Shown: positions 51,917 to 63,322, numbered from the stretch's first letter. The stretch: DNA of 64,000 nt from Leucoraja ocellata (GCA_036785375.1 JAWMAR010000611.1:620001-684000), one strand, 5' to 3'. Notes: generated from the sequence alone by a model not told the origin. Program-made: numbers and translations.

Positions 51917-53235
51917 AACTGTTGGGACTGAAGGAAGATAAATCCGCAGGGCCTGATGGTCTGTATCCCAGAGTACTCAAGCAGGTGGCCCTAGAAATTG
52001 TGAATGCATTGGTGATCATTTTCCAATATTCTCCCGACTGGACCCATTCCTGTGTACTGGAGGGTAGCCGTTGTAACTCCACTTTTTAAGATAGGAGGGA
52101 GAGAGAAAACGGGGAATTATAGACGTTAGCCTGACATCGGTAGTGGGGAAGATGCTGGAGTCGATTATTGAAGATGTTATAGCAGCGCATTTGGAAAGCA
52201 GTGACAGGATTGGTCAAAGTCAGCATGGATTTATGAAGGGAGATCATGCTTGACTAATCTGGAATTTTTTGAGGATGTAGAATGGATAAGAGAGAGCCAG
52301 TGGGTGTGGCGTATCTGGGCTTCCAAAAAACCTTTGACAAGGTCCCACGCAAGAGATTAGTGTGCAAAATTAGATCACATGGTAATGGGGGAAGGGTATT
52401 GACCTGGATAGAGAACTGGTTGGCAGACAGGAAGCAAAGAGTAGGAAAAAAACGGGTCCTTTTCAGAATGCCAGGCAGTGACAAACGGTGCTGGGAACCC
52501 AGTTATTTACAATATTTATTAACGATTTAGACGAGGGAATTAAATGTGTAATTTCCAAGTTAAGTCTACGGATGACACAAAGCTGGGTGGCAGTGGGAGC
52601 TGCGGTGAGGATGTTATGAGGCTGCAAGGTGACTTAAAATAAGACAGATGCATGGCAGATGCAGTATAATGTGGATACATGTGAGGTTATCCACTTTATT
52701 GGCAAGAACAGGAAGGCAGTTTATTATCTGAATGGTGTCAGATTTGGAAAAGGGGAGGTGCAACGAGACCTGGGTGTGATTGTACATCAGTCACTGAAAG
52801 TAAGCACGCAGGTACAGCAGGCAGTGAAGAAAGCGAATGGCATGTTGGCCTTCATTGCATGCCATTCAATCTAATGGCATGTTGGGATTTGAGTTTCGGA
52901 GCAAGGAGGTCCTTCTGGCAGTTGTACCACACCTGGAGTATTGTGTGCAATTTTGGTCTCTAAATTTCAGGAAGGACATTCTTGCTATTGAGGGAGTGCA
53001 GCATAGGTTCACCAGGATAATTCCCGGGATGGCGGGACTGAGAGGCTAGATGCAGGAACAATGTTCCCGACGTTGGGGGAGTCCAGAACCAGGGGTCACA
53101 GTTTAAGAATAAGGGATAAGCCATGTAGGACTGAGATGAGGATAAAAAAATTCACCCAGTGAGTTGTGAATCTGTGGAATTCTCTGCCACAAAAGGCAGC
53201 GGAGGCCAATTCTCTGGATCTTTTCAAGAGGGAGT

Positions 53236-53458
53236 AATGCCCCTGGCCCACTTAGGAAACCTGAACGGAAACTTCTGGAGACTTTGCGCCCCACCCAAGG
53301 TTTCCGTTCGGTTCCCGGAGGTTGCAGGTGGTTGCTGGAGGTTGCGGTAGTGGAAGCAGGTAGGGAGACTGACAAAAACCTCCGGGAACCGCACGGAAAC
53401 CTTGGGTGGGGCACAAAGTCTCCAGAGGTTTACGTTCAGGTTTCCTAAGTGGGACATT
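53236..53458. mobile_element. Fold-back MITE with ~80-bp TIRs (possibly PIF/Harbinger-derived)
   Basis: CCCACTTAGGAAACCTGAACGG...GGTTCCCGGAGGTT (from 53247) is inverted at AACCTCCGGGAACC...CAGGTTTCCTAAGTGGG (to 53453). It interrupts a CR1 3' end. Confidence 0.8.
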
Positions 53459-53720
53459 TAGCTCTTAAAACCTATGGAATCAAGGGATGTGGGGAAAAAG
53501 AAGGAATGGGGTACTGAATTTAAATGATCAGCCATGATTATGTTGAATGGTCCCTGTTCGAAGGGCCGAATGACCTACTCCTGCGCATATTTTTCTATGT
53601 TTCCTCTATGTTTCTAACACATGACGCGTCAAGTATCAAGAATGTATAATTTTCATAAGTGCCGAGAGCGGTAAATTAAATTCTTACTTGGGCCTGGACG
53701 TACATGGCAGTGGATCGTGC

Positions 53721-54374
53721 NNNNNNNNNNNNNNNNNNNNNNNNNNNNNNNNNNNNNNNNNNNNNNNNNNNNNNNNNNNNNNNNNNNNNNNNNNNNNNNN
53801 NNNNNNNNNNNNNNNNNNNNNNNNNNNNNNNNNNNNNNNNNNNNNNNNNNNNNNNNNNNNNNNNNNNNNNNNNNNNNNNNNNNNNNNNNNNNNNNNNNNN
53901 NNNNNNNNNNNNNNNNNNNNNNNNNNNNNNNNNNNNNNNNNNNNNNNNNNNNNNNNNNNNNNNNNNNNNNNNNNNNNNNNNNCGTATGTGCGAGTGTGTG
54001 TGTGAGCGTATGTGTNNNNNNNNNNNNNNNNNNNNNNNNNNNNNNNNNNNNNNNNNNNNNNNNNNNNNNNNNNNNNNNNNNNNNNNNNNNNNNNNNNNNN
54101 NNNNNNNNNNNNNNNNNNNNNNNNNNNNNNNNNNNNNNNNNNNNNNNNNNNNNNNNNNNNNNNNNNNNNNNNNNNNNNNNNNNNNNNNNNNNNNNNNNNN
54201 NNNNNNNNNNNNNNNNNNNNNNNNNNNNNNNNNNNNNNNNNNNNNNNNNNNNNNNNNNNNNNNNNNNNNNNNNNNNNNNNNNNNNNNNNNNNNNNNNNNN
54301 NNNNNNNNNNNNNNNNNNNNNNNNNNNNNNNNNNNNNNNNNNNNNNNNNNNNNNNNNNNNNNNNNNNNNNNNNN
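53721..54374. other. Two assembly gaps (53721-53982, 54016-54374) around a 33-bp (TG)-rich island
   Basis: N runs. Confidence 1.
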
Positions 54375-55998
54375 CCTACAGTGGATGTGGGGAAAGCACT
54401 CGATTCCTCCATTGACCTCGCGTGCTTAGACATTTCTTCGTGGAGATTCAAGTGGACAGCAAAATATTCTGGTGAATCTGTAATATAAATCTACCATTTT
54501 ATTTGAACAAGATATGATAAAATAGACTCCCTCGGAGAATCCAGTTGATTTGCGCCAACTGCCAATATTGTTAAAACATATAATCGCCGTTGAGAATGAT
54601 ATCTTCATTGCCTTGTTTGTGTTGATCTAAAAATGGCTGGAAACAGAGATGAGCTGATTTAAATAAACAGTGATTTCAACAGCCCCAGACCCAGGTTCGT
54701 TTACTGAAGGACAGAAACAGAAGCAATGTTTCCCCAGAGGCGGAAAACAGATAAAGTGAGAAAGAAATGCAAATCTCTGAACAGATTACACCAGAGACAT
54801 TTATTTTAAATTGTCAACGTTCTCTCCCGTAAAAATAAAGTTGAAGTGCATATGGATGATGTTAGTCAATAATATATCTACAAAGCTAGGTTTACTGAGC
54901 ACATGTATCATATCCCTTTATTTATCAACAATGGCTGGGATCAATAACATTCTCTGCATACATATAAATGTCACACGTGACAAATTCACAGATGCATAGA
55001 AAATACAATGATAAATTAAAATTCAAGTCATAGAAGAATACTATGTTGGAGCGCAGGAAACTTTAATTGCCCGTATGCACCTTAAATTTTCGACACTCCT
55101 TGTGTTTTCCTCACAAATCAGTGAACTATTGTTTCTATTTATCTCCTCAGATAACTCTAGTGGATTCTTATTCAGATATCTCTATTAGATTTTTCGACAC
55201 CATCCGCCCTACCAGTGCAGTTTGAATCATTGAAATATTATCCAACAAATGTGCTCATTGGTTGATTGGTTAGAACGTGCCTTCATTCAACTTTGCTCTT
55301 TGGAACCAGCATCTGAAAATCAACACTACATGAATCATCCCTAATGCCGATCATTTCTCCAATCACTCCACAGATCTACAATTCCCCCCCCCCGCAATAT
55401 GCCACCCATTAATTTCCTTCCAATCTCTTAATGACATTTTAATAGAACCTTGTGTTTGCTTTGTATCAATTTCCACTACTGCCTTTTATGTAACCAATCT
55501 CGATATTGACATTTTATCTGTACGGCTGTATGGTGACCACACATTTCACTGTATCAACTGGGACATGTGACAAATAAATGTATCTTGATATTGGAATGGA
55601 CAGTCCCAATATTGTTCGAACGGCTCATATTGATAACTGCGAATGTGTAGGAAAGAACTGCAGATGCTGTTTTAAATCGAAGCTAGACACAAAATGCTGG
55701 AGTAACTCAGCGGGACAGGCAGCATCTCTGGAGGTCTGAAGAAGAGTCTCGACCCAAAACATCAAACATTCCTTCTCTCCAGAGATGCTGCCTGTCCCGC
55801 TGAGTTTCTCCAGCATTATGTGTCTACCTAATAATGAAGGCAGGCCTGTCTGTCTGTCTTTCTTGCTCAAATATTTTTCCTCACCTCTCCTCTCTCTCCC
55901 TCTCACACACGCAAGCACACACCCAGAAACATTTTAATATACATTTGAGGAATTCCGAACATATTTTATGAAACAACTGCACTATGAAACCAATCTTG

Positions 55999-56608
55999 AA
56001 AATAGGTGCAGGAGTAGGCCATTCGGCCCTTCGAGCCTGCACCGCCATTCAATATGATCATGGCTGATCATCCAACTCAGTATCCTGTACCTGCCTTCGC
56101 TCCACACCCCCTGAGCCCTTTAGCCACAAGGGCCACATCTAACTCCCTCTTAAATATAGCCAATGAACTGGCCTCAACTACCTTCTGTGGCAGAGAATTT
56201 CAGAGATTCACCACTCTCTGTGTGAAAAATGTTTTCCTCATCTCGGTCCTAAAAGATCTCCCCCTTATCCTTAAACTATGACCCCTATTTCTGGACTTCC
56301 CCAACATCGGGAACAATCTTCCTGCATCTAGCCTGTCCAACCCCTTAAGAATCTTGTAAGTTTCTATAAGATCCCCCCTCAATCTTCTAAATTCTAGCGA
56401 GTACAAGCCGAGTCTATCCAGTCTTCATATGAGTCCTGACATCCCAGGAATCAGTATGGTGAACCTTCTCTGTACTCCCTCTATGGCAAGAATGTCTTTC
56501 CTCAGATTAGGAGACCAAAACTGTACGCAATACTCCAGGTGTGCTCTCACCAAGACCCTGTACAACTGCAGTAGAATCTCCCTGCTCTTATACTCAAATC
56601 CTTTTGCT
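55999..56608 (-). mobile_element. CR1 3' fragment
   Basis: ORF 56200-56406 and CR1 3' UTR. Confidence 0.92.
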
Positions 56609-56689
56609 ATATATTGCTTATATTTTGCTTATATTGTGTAAGGGGAGGAAAAGCACGCGGTTTTATTAACCTCTTGTGCATCTGTATCA

Positions 56690-57990
56690 GCAAGGAGCAT
56701 TCGTAATAAGGTGGATGAGTTGAATGTGCAGATAGCTATTAATGACTATGATATAGTTGGGATCACAGAGACATGGCTCCAGGGTGACCAAGGCTGGGAG
56801 CTGAACATCCAGGGATATTCAATATTCAGGAGGGATAGACAGAAAGGAAAAGTATGTGGGGTAGCATTGCTGGTTAGAGAGGAGATTAATGCAATAGAAA
56901 GGAAGGACATTTGCTTGGCGGATGTGGAATTGATATGGGTAGAGCTGCGAAACACTAAGGGGCAGAAAATGCTAGTAGGAGTTGTGTACAGGCCACCAAA
57001 CAATAGTAGTGGAGTTGGGGATGGCATCAAACAGGAAATTAGAAATGCGTGCAACAAAGGTAAAACAGTTATAATGGGTCAATCTACATATAGATTGGGT
57101 GAATCAAATTGGCAGGGGTGCTGAGGAAGAGGATTTCTTGGAATGTATGTGGGATAGTTTTCTAAACCAACATGTAGAGGAACCAGCGAGAGAGCAGGCT
57201 ATTCTAGACTGGGTATTGAGTAATGAGGGTTAATTAGCAGTCTTGTTGTGCGTGGCCCCTTGGGCAAGAGTGACCATAATATGGTTGAGTTCTTCATTAG
57301 GATGGAGTGTTACATCATTAATTCAGAAACAAGGGTCCTGAATTTAAAGAAAGGTAACTTTGAAGTTGTGATTTGTGGTATAGGAACAGTGAGGTTCTAC
57401 TGCAGTTGTACAGGGTCTTGGTGCGACCACACCTGGAGTATTGCGTGCAGTTTTGACTCCTAATCTGAGGAAAGACATTCTTGCCATAGAGGGAGTACAG
57501 AGAAGGTTCACCAGACTGATTCCTGGGATGTCAGGACTTTCATATGAAGAAAGACTGGATAGACTCGGGTTGTACTCGCTAGAATTTAGAAGATTGAGGG
57601 GGGATCATATTGAAACTTACAAAATTCTTAAGGGGTTGGACAGGCTAGATGCAGGAAGATTGTTCCCGATGTTTGGGAAGTCCAGAACAAGGGGTCACAG
57701 TTTAAGGATAAGGGGGAAATCTTTTAGGACCGAGATGAAAAAAACATTTTTCACACAGAGAGTGGTGAATCTCTGGAATTCTCTGCCACTAAAGGTAGTT
57801 GAGGCCAGTTCATTGGCTATATTTAAGATGGAGTTAGATGTGGCCCTTGTGGCTAAAGGTATCAGGGGGTATGGAGAGAAGGCAGGTACAGGATACTGAG
57901 TTGGATGATCAGCCATGATCATATTGAATGGCGGTGCAGGCTCGAAGGGCCGAATGGCCTACTCCTGCACCTATTTTCTATGTTTCTATG
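56690..57990 (+). mobile_element. CR1 with large internal deletion (endonuclease piece joined to 3' end)
   Basis: ORF 56711-57124 (GITETW) and ORF 57441-57899. TTTCTATG tail at about 57975-57990. Confidence 0.92.
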
Positions 57991-58112
57991 TGTCTAATAG
58001 ATGTGATAGCGTGAGTCCATGTTGCTGTTGAGTTGGGAGCCGTGTTTCAGCTCCGCCCGCTGCACCACTCGGTTTACAAGTCCCGCCCACAGCCGCGCCC
58101 TCTTTTGCCGGG

Positions 58113-58119
58113 TATTTAA
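58113..58119 (+). promoter_or_regulatory. TATA-like element of the VH promoter (no octamer nearby)
   Basis: TATTTAA about 95 bp upstream of the leader ATG, preceded by GC-box-like CCCGCCC. The lack of a promoter octamer agrees with known chondrichthyan VH promoters. Confidence 0.5.
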
Positions 58120-58211
58120 TTCTCTCTAAGAGGGGCCGAAATCCAACTTCCTTGCAGTTGGTTTGTTGCGAGGTTCTGTACAGAAACAACAGGGTCACAC
58201 TTCCCAGCGGG

Positions 58212-58257
58212 ATGATGTCGGCGGTTTCACTGAGTTTGTTCCTGGCGTTAATAGTCC
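58212..58257 (+). CDS. IGHV: IgH V leader exon (MMSAVSLSLFLALIV-R)
   Basis: ATG at 58212, hydrophobic signal peptide, phase-1 donor GTGAGT at 58258. Confidence 0.92.
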
Positions 58258-58415
58258 GTGAGTGATGTTGGACAAATTCCCCACGCAAGTGTCTCAGTGG
58301 TGTATCCACTACACCATTCCCCTTCTACCCACTCTAGAACCGTCCCAATTTATCTCCACTTGATCAATGGTCAATATTTTATCCTCGCCATTCATGCCTT
58401 GTTTTTAACTTGCAG

Positions 58416-58737
58416 GTGTCCATTCCGATATCGTTCTAACCCAGCCCGAGATAGAGACGGCCACTCCTGGAGGCTCCATCACACTGACCTGTAAAATCAG
58501 CGGGTTCAGTGTTGGCAGCAAGTGGATGGCTTTGGTCCATCAGGTCCCCGGGCAGGGGCTGGAGTGGCTGCTTACTTACCTCTCTTCTGCTCACACCAAG
58601 TACTTCGCTCCGGGGATAGAGAGCCAATTTACTCCGTCCAACGACAATACGAATAATATCTTCATCGTGACGGCCAGCAGCCTGAAGATCGAAGACACGG
58701 CTGTCTATTACTGTGCGAGACAGGGGGTATTGGATGG
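58416..58737 (+). CDS. IGHV: IgM-type VH exon, germline-joined to D sequence (VD/VDD)
   Basis: Acceptor TTGCAG ends at 58415. Translation [52 protein letters not shown]...[13 protein letters not shown]...[14 protein letters not shown] (to 58720), then 17 nt CAGGGGGTATTGGATGG with no intervening RSS. Confidence 0.93.
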
Positions 58738-58765
58738 CACAGCGGTTCCTACCAATACAAAAACA
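58738..58765 (+). promoter_or_regulatory. Recombination signal sequence, 12-bp spacer (D 3' RSS)
   Basis: CACAGCG (58738-58744) + GTTCCTACCAAT + ACAAAAACA (58757-58765). Confidence 0.93.
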
Positions 58766-59092
58766 TCCACAACCCATAATACGGTGGTCTGGGCCAGTAT
58801 ATGATATTTGCAATTCAATATTTCATACAACAAGAGCATAAACATGTCCAGGGATATTTTCGCACATTTTGTTGCATAGGTAACTTGAAGTAATTTGTAT
58901 TTTATATGTAGATAATTCTTATCACATTTCACTGCCCAGTTTAATACACGGAGCCGTGGCATCTGATTATTGTTGGAAATGATTTATTTAACGCATTCAT
59001 TGTTTTCAAAGAGCAATAAGTCATTCACCTTCGATGTGAAATACGAATAATTACAGGAATTTTGTTCTTTTTTGCCTACCTTGTGCAGATCA

Positions 59093-59131
59093 TGTTATTG
59101 TGTGAGGCAGCCCATAGAATGTAACACTGTG
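59093..59131 (-). promoter_or_regulatory. Recombination signal sequence, 23-bp spacer (JH RSS)
   Basis: TGTTATTGT (59093-59101, 7/9 to GGTTTTTGT) + 23 nt + CACTGTG (59125-59131). Confidence 0.88.
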
Positions 59132-59178
59132 TTACTATCTTGACTGGGGAGGAGGCACCATGTTGACGGTAACCAACG
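59132..59178 (+). CDS. IGHJ: JH segment (YYLDWGGGTMLTVTN)
   Basis: W-G-X-G motif, upstream RSS, phase-1 donor GTAAG at 59179. Confidence 0.93.
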
Positions 59179-60409
59179 GTAAGAAACTTCATCCTATTCA
59201 GTATCTAGATGTATCCAGTTGTAATTTTACTCGATATTTTCAATAATTATATTAAATTGTTCCTCTACATTAATGACCCATTCATTGCAATGTTGGATCG
59301 ATGTTGCTTTAGAATGTTATGTGATTCCGCTTCAGTGATATTCACGATTTAAACTTGCCTTGTGTGCTATGACTTTCGATCCTTTGACTATGAAACGGAT
59401 TCTGTTTAAGTTCCTAATTAGTGGGAAAATGTGCATCAATTTGCTTTCACTAGGCTTTCTAATTGTTTGAGATTGTTGTGGTCCTTGATCTGCGATGCAT
59501 CGAACTGTATTTTCTGATCAACAGCAGGTACTTTGTCTCAGTTTGTTTCTTCTCAGCGCATATGAAACAAACGACACAAACGGATAAATCCTGGGTGTAA
59601 AATGTTCACGTTTTTAAAGTGTATGTATTAATTGGTGGAATCACCTTGCCAACTTTAATCCAATCGCTAACAAAACTTGCATGGACGAAGTAAAATGTTC
59701 TTGCAGCAAAACACAGACAGCAAGGTCCAGCGTCAGTTATGTATCTTGAAGTACAATGAATAGGGAGGAACTGTGGATGCTGATTTATGTTGCCGATTGA
59801 CACAAAGCTGGAGTAACTCTGCTTCTCCCGCTGAGTTACTACAACTTTTTTTGTCTATCTTGAAGTACAATGAATTGGCCATGTGAACCAATGATACAGC
59901 AAAGCTAAGAAAGCAAATTCCGTGAAACGCGATCTACAGAATGACAATGTACCGGGTGTAATAGGGGACAGAGGAACTAGCGTGACGGAGGAACTGAATG
60001 TAATTCACATTATATGGAAATGTTATCTATGTAATCCACGTGTATTGTGTTATTCCTCGTTATTTCAACAATGATTGGCTCGGTGGTCAATGGAACAATG
60101 AATTTCGGTGGTCTTTGGACAGAGATATTTGGATTTTTGTGAAGAGTTTCAGCAAATTTGTGTTAAGCGATTGATCCCATCGGCGGTATGATTCAGCCGG
60201 TGATTGTGGGAGACGATATTTGGTGCGCAATTGGACGTGTTTGTACGTTCCAATCGATTGGCAGCGACCGGGTATTGCTGTTGTATGAAGTGTCCGATTC
60301 GGTTATTTCAATAAACGCAAAGAAGATATATGTTTAAAAATAAAAATAACAAGAAATTATTAGAAATCATAAATAGGAAGAGTAAATGTTGCAAACACCT
60401 AGAGGGTCA

Positions 60410-60710
60410 CGCAGCCTGTGGCGAAAGACACATCCCATAGAGGGGAGTCGAATGACAGCTGGTAGCGCCAGAGACACTACTTCGTTCCCGAAATCAGGGG
60501 CAGACTAAGAACTGTGCGTTCTCCCTGCGGTTTGTTACTGGTTCTCTGCTTTCCTCCCACAACCCAAAAGAATGCAGGTTTGCAGGTTAATTGACCCGGG
60601 TGATTGACCCGGGTGGGTCGGGGGTGAGATAACGTGGAACTTGTGTGTCGCCGTGGATTTGGTTGGCAGAAGGATCTATTTCTATGCTATATCTCTAATC
60701 GAAACTGAAT
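60410..60710 (+). mobile_element. Decayed V-SINE in the J-C intron
   Basis: Degenerate V-core (CTTTCCTCCCACAACCCAAAAGAATGCAGGTTTG) and CR1-like tail. Confidence 0.6.
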
Positions 60711-61020
60711 TAGCCATGGTTTATTCTCCCAACGATAGTCGACCTGGCAAATGCTTGCTTTCCTCTTTCCACAAATGCTGCCTAACCCAATGACCCATTT
60801 CTCTGTTTTCTGTCAAAGATCACGAGTTTTCCCATTTGGAAAATGCGTTGAATGTAAAACGGGGAGATGCAGTTCTTGAATAATTTGTAATCCGTGGATT
60901 TATTAGAAAGCGAATTTGAATTCGTGTTTGTCTATGGCTCCAAATGTCATTTAAACAAAATGTTCCTCTACTGAATTGCTAATGAAAAATGTCCGTTTTA
61001 CGAATAGTTGCGGTAAGAAA

Positions 61021-62557
61021 AATGAGAAATTGGGAAAAACGGAATGTTGGAAACGGAATTTTCTCCGCTAATTTAGATAATAGGTGCAGGAGTAGAGGCC
61101 ATTCGGTCCTTCGAGCTAGCACCGCCATTTAATGTGATCATGGCTGATCTTCCCCAATCAGTCCCCTTTCCTGCCTTCTCCCCATATCCACTGACTCCGC
61201 TATCTTAATTTTAATTACAAAACAGGGTATCCCATTAATCATTGAACAGAGTGCGAATTGAAATCCATGGCTTAAAGGAGGGTTTGAGTGGCGTTCAAAT
61301 TTACATTTGCATTTATTTAATTAAAGCATTGATTTAGCAACATTGTGCATTTTCACTATTCTAAGTAAACTTCCTCTATATGAATGAAAGCCTTTTCCTG
61401 TTAAAGTCACGAAGCAAACTCAGATATGTTTTAATAGATTGCAGGTTATAATTTATAATTGGTATATTTGATATTCGTTTCCTATCGGACAGCGATACAA
61501 ACCCGTCTGAAGAAGGGGTTCGGCCCGAAACGTTGCCCTTTTCCTTCGCTCCGTAGATGCTGCTGCACCCGCTGAGTTTCTCCAGCTTTTTTGTGTACCT
61601 TCGATTTTCCAGCATCTGCAGTTCCTTCTTAAACACAGTGATACAATGTTAATCATTCGTTCTTTTGTGCCGATCACATTGTAAACGTAAACTCGTTTTA
61701 AAGATGCTGGAAACTGAACTGAATTGCATCATCATTAATTTTAATTGATTATTATTGATTTCATTGAGGCAATGATGCACACAGACAAACATTTGAAACA
61801 TGTGCCAATTTATTTAATTACGAAGTATTAACATGTTGTTACAATTTATATGCTACATTTAGTTTCCAAATGTTGTGGTACATAACCTTTACTAATTCAG
61901 ATATTATATTGAGGGAGTTATTTTTAATCCTTACCAATGCAATCTCATACATGTTTTTAATCTGGTATGAATGTAATGTTCTTGCCGGCTGGTTTGCTTT
62001 TTGGAATGTCCTTGCAATTACGGTCGACATAGAAATGATCGGTATATTTTCGTGAGTGATGGGACAACAAAATACAGTTAAAAAGTAACATTTGAAGTGT
62101 GTTATTTGTCGCTACCATTTCAATCCCATTCACCCCCTTAGTTGGTTTCGTTCGATGGACACATTTAAGGCCAAATTACACGAACAAGATTGTGATTGTT
62201 TATTTTTTGTCTTCTCCCAAATTATGTTCGGGACCCGATGTGGAAACCACAGCCATCCTTCCATTGTTTCTGATTTTATCGGATAATCTCTGAACCATTT
62301 ATGACAAAAACTCTTCCCTCTTCCTTCAAATCAAAAGTTTAGCCACGGGCACTCTCAGTGGCCCAAGCGAAACCTGCCTAAATTATTTAATTTTAATTAA
62401 ATAAATGCATATGTAATTTTGAACGTCAGTCAAACCCTCGTTTGAACCATTGATTTCAATTCCCACTCTGTTCACGGATTAGTGGGATAACTGTTCGATT
62501 CAAATAGCAGAGAAAATGTTGTTTCCAACATTGCACATCATTTCACCAATTTCCATT
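61021..62557. repeat. Decayed inverted repeat in the J-C intron, arms carrying octamer motifs
   Basis: 61221-61325 versus the reverse complement of 62392-62495 (about 14 differences in 105 nt by eye). It extends outward to 61021-61074 / 62500-62557 across a CR1 tail inserted at 61075-61204. Confidence 0.85.
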
Positions 62558-63322
62558 TAGTTGGGTACACGGGACAACCCCTGACACAGACTGGCCGATT
62601 CCCCGAACTCTTCCTCCTGTACCCATGCAGAACTCATCGACTTCATTGGCTACAAACTTTGACCGTACGATCAAATTCCCCGGGTCTATCCCCGACACAT
62701 ACCTCCCCTTTGTTGATTTCACCGTCTCCATCGCAGGAGATAGACTATCGACTGACGTAAATAACAAATCTACGGACTCCCACAGCTATCAGGACTACAC
62801 CTCTTCCAACCTTGCCTCCTGCAAAGATTATATGGTCTATTCCCAAATTCATCCATCTCCGTGCAACTGCTCCCAAGATGAGTTGTTCCATCCCAGGATA
62901 TCCGAGGTCCTCATTCTTTAGGGAGCGGGTATTCTCCACTTTTACAATAGACGAGACTCTCACACGTGTCTACACTGTATCCCGTAGATCCGCCCTTGCT
63001 CCATCATCCCCAGTCGCAACAAGGAGTTTGGTGAGATTGTAACACATACGCCAACGTTAGTTATAGCCATTGAACATTCCTGAGAAATGCTGGGAATTTT
63101 ACAGTAATGAATACTGGAGGCCTATCGATATATTTCCAACTCGAAATTGTGCGTACATTTGGAAGTAACTGCCAGATATTGGCACCCAAGACGTTTTCAG
63201 CCAATGTTTTCCAAGGTGGGATCAAGGCGGAATGATTGTGTGATACTCAGGTGAAGTTGCATGAAATAGACAAGAGAGAGAGAGAGAGAGAGTTTAACAT
63301 TCATGTGGCCTTTGCTTTGCAG

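Larger units (their letters stand above)
48945..53615 (+). mobile_element. Old CR1 hosting nested Rex1, an inner LINE and a MITE
   Basis: CR1 sequence stops at 49455, resumes at 51917 (AACTGTTGGGACTGAAGG = KLLGLK..DKS.GPDG) and ends in a TTTCTATG tail near 53600. Confidence 0.85.

Noticed and set aside
53684-54488. Long ORFs across this interval
   Set aside because: Artefacts of translating N gaps.
58526-58804. 92-aa ORF as a stand-alone or V-only secreted protein
   Set aside because: It is the internal part of the V exon reading through the RSS to a chance stop. I saw no nearby poly(A) signal or other support for a separate product.
58766-59092. Additional free D segment between VD and J
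   Set aside because: TACGGTG near 58780 is only heptamer-like. No flanking RSS pair with nonamers was found.
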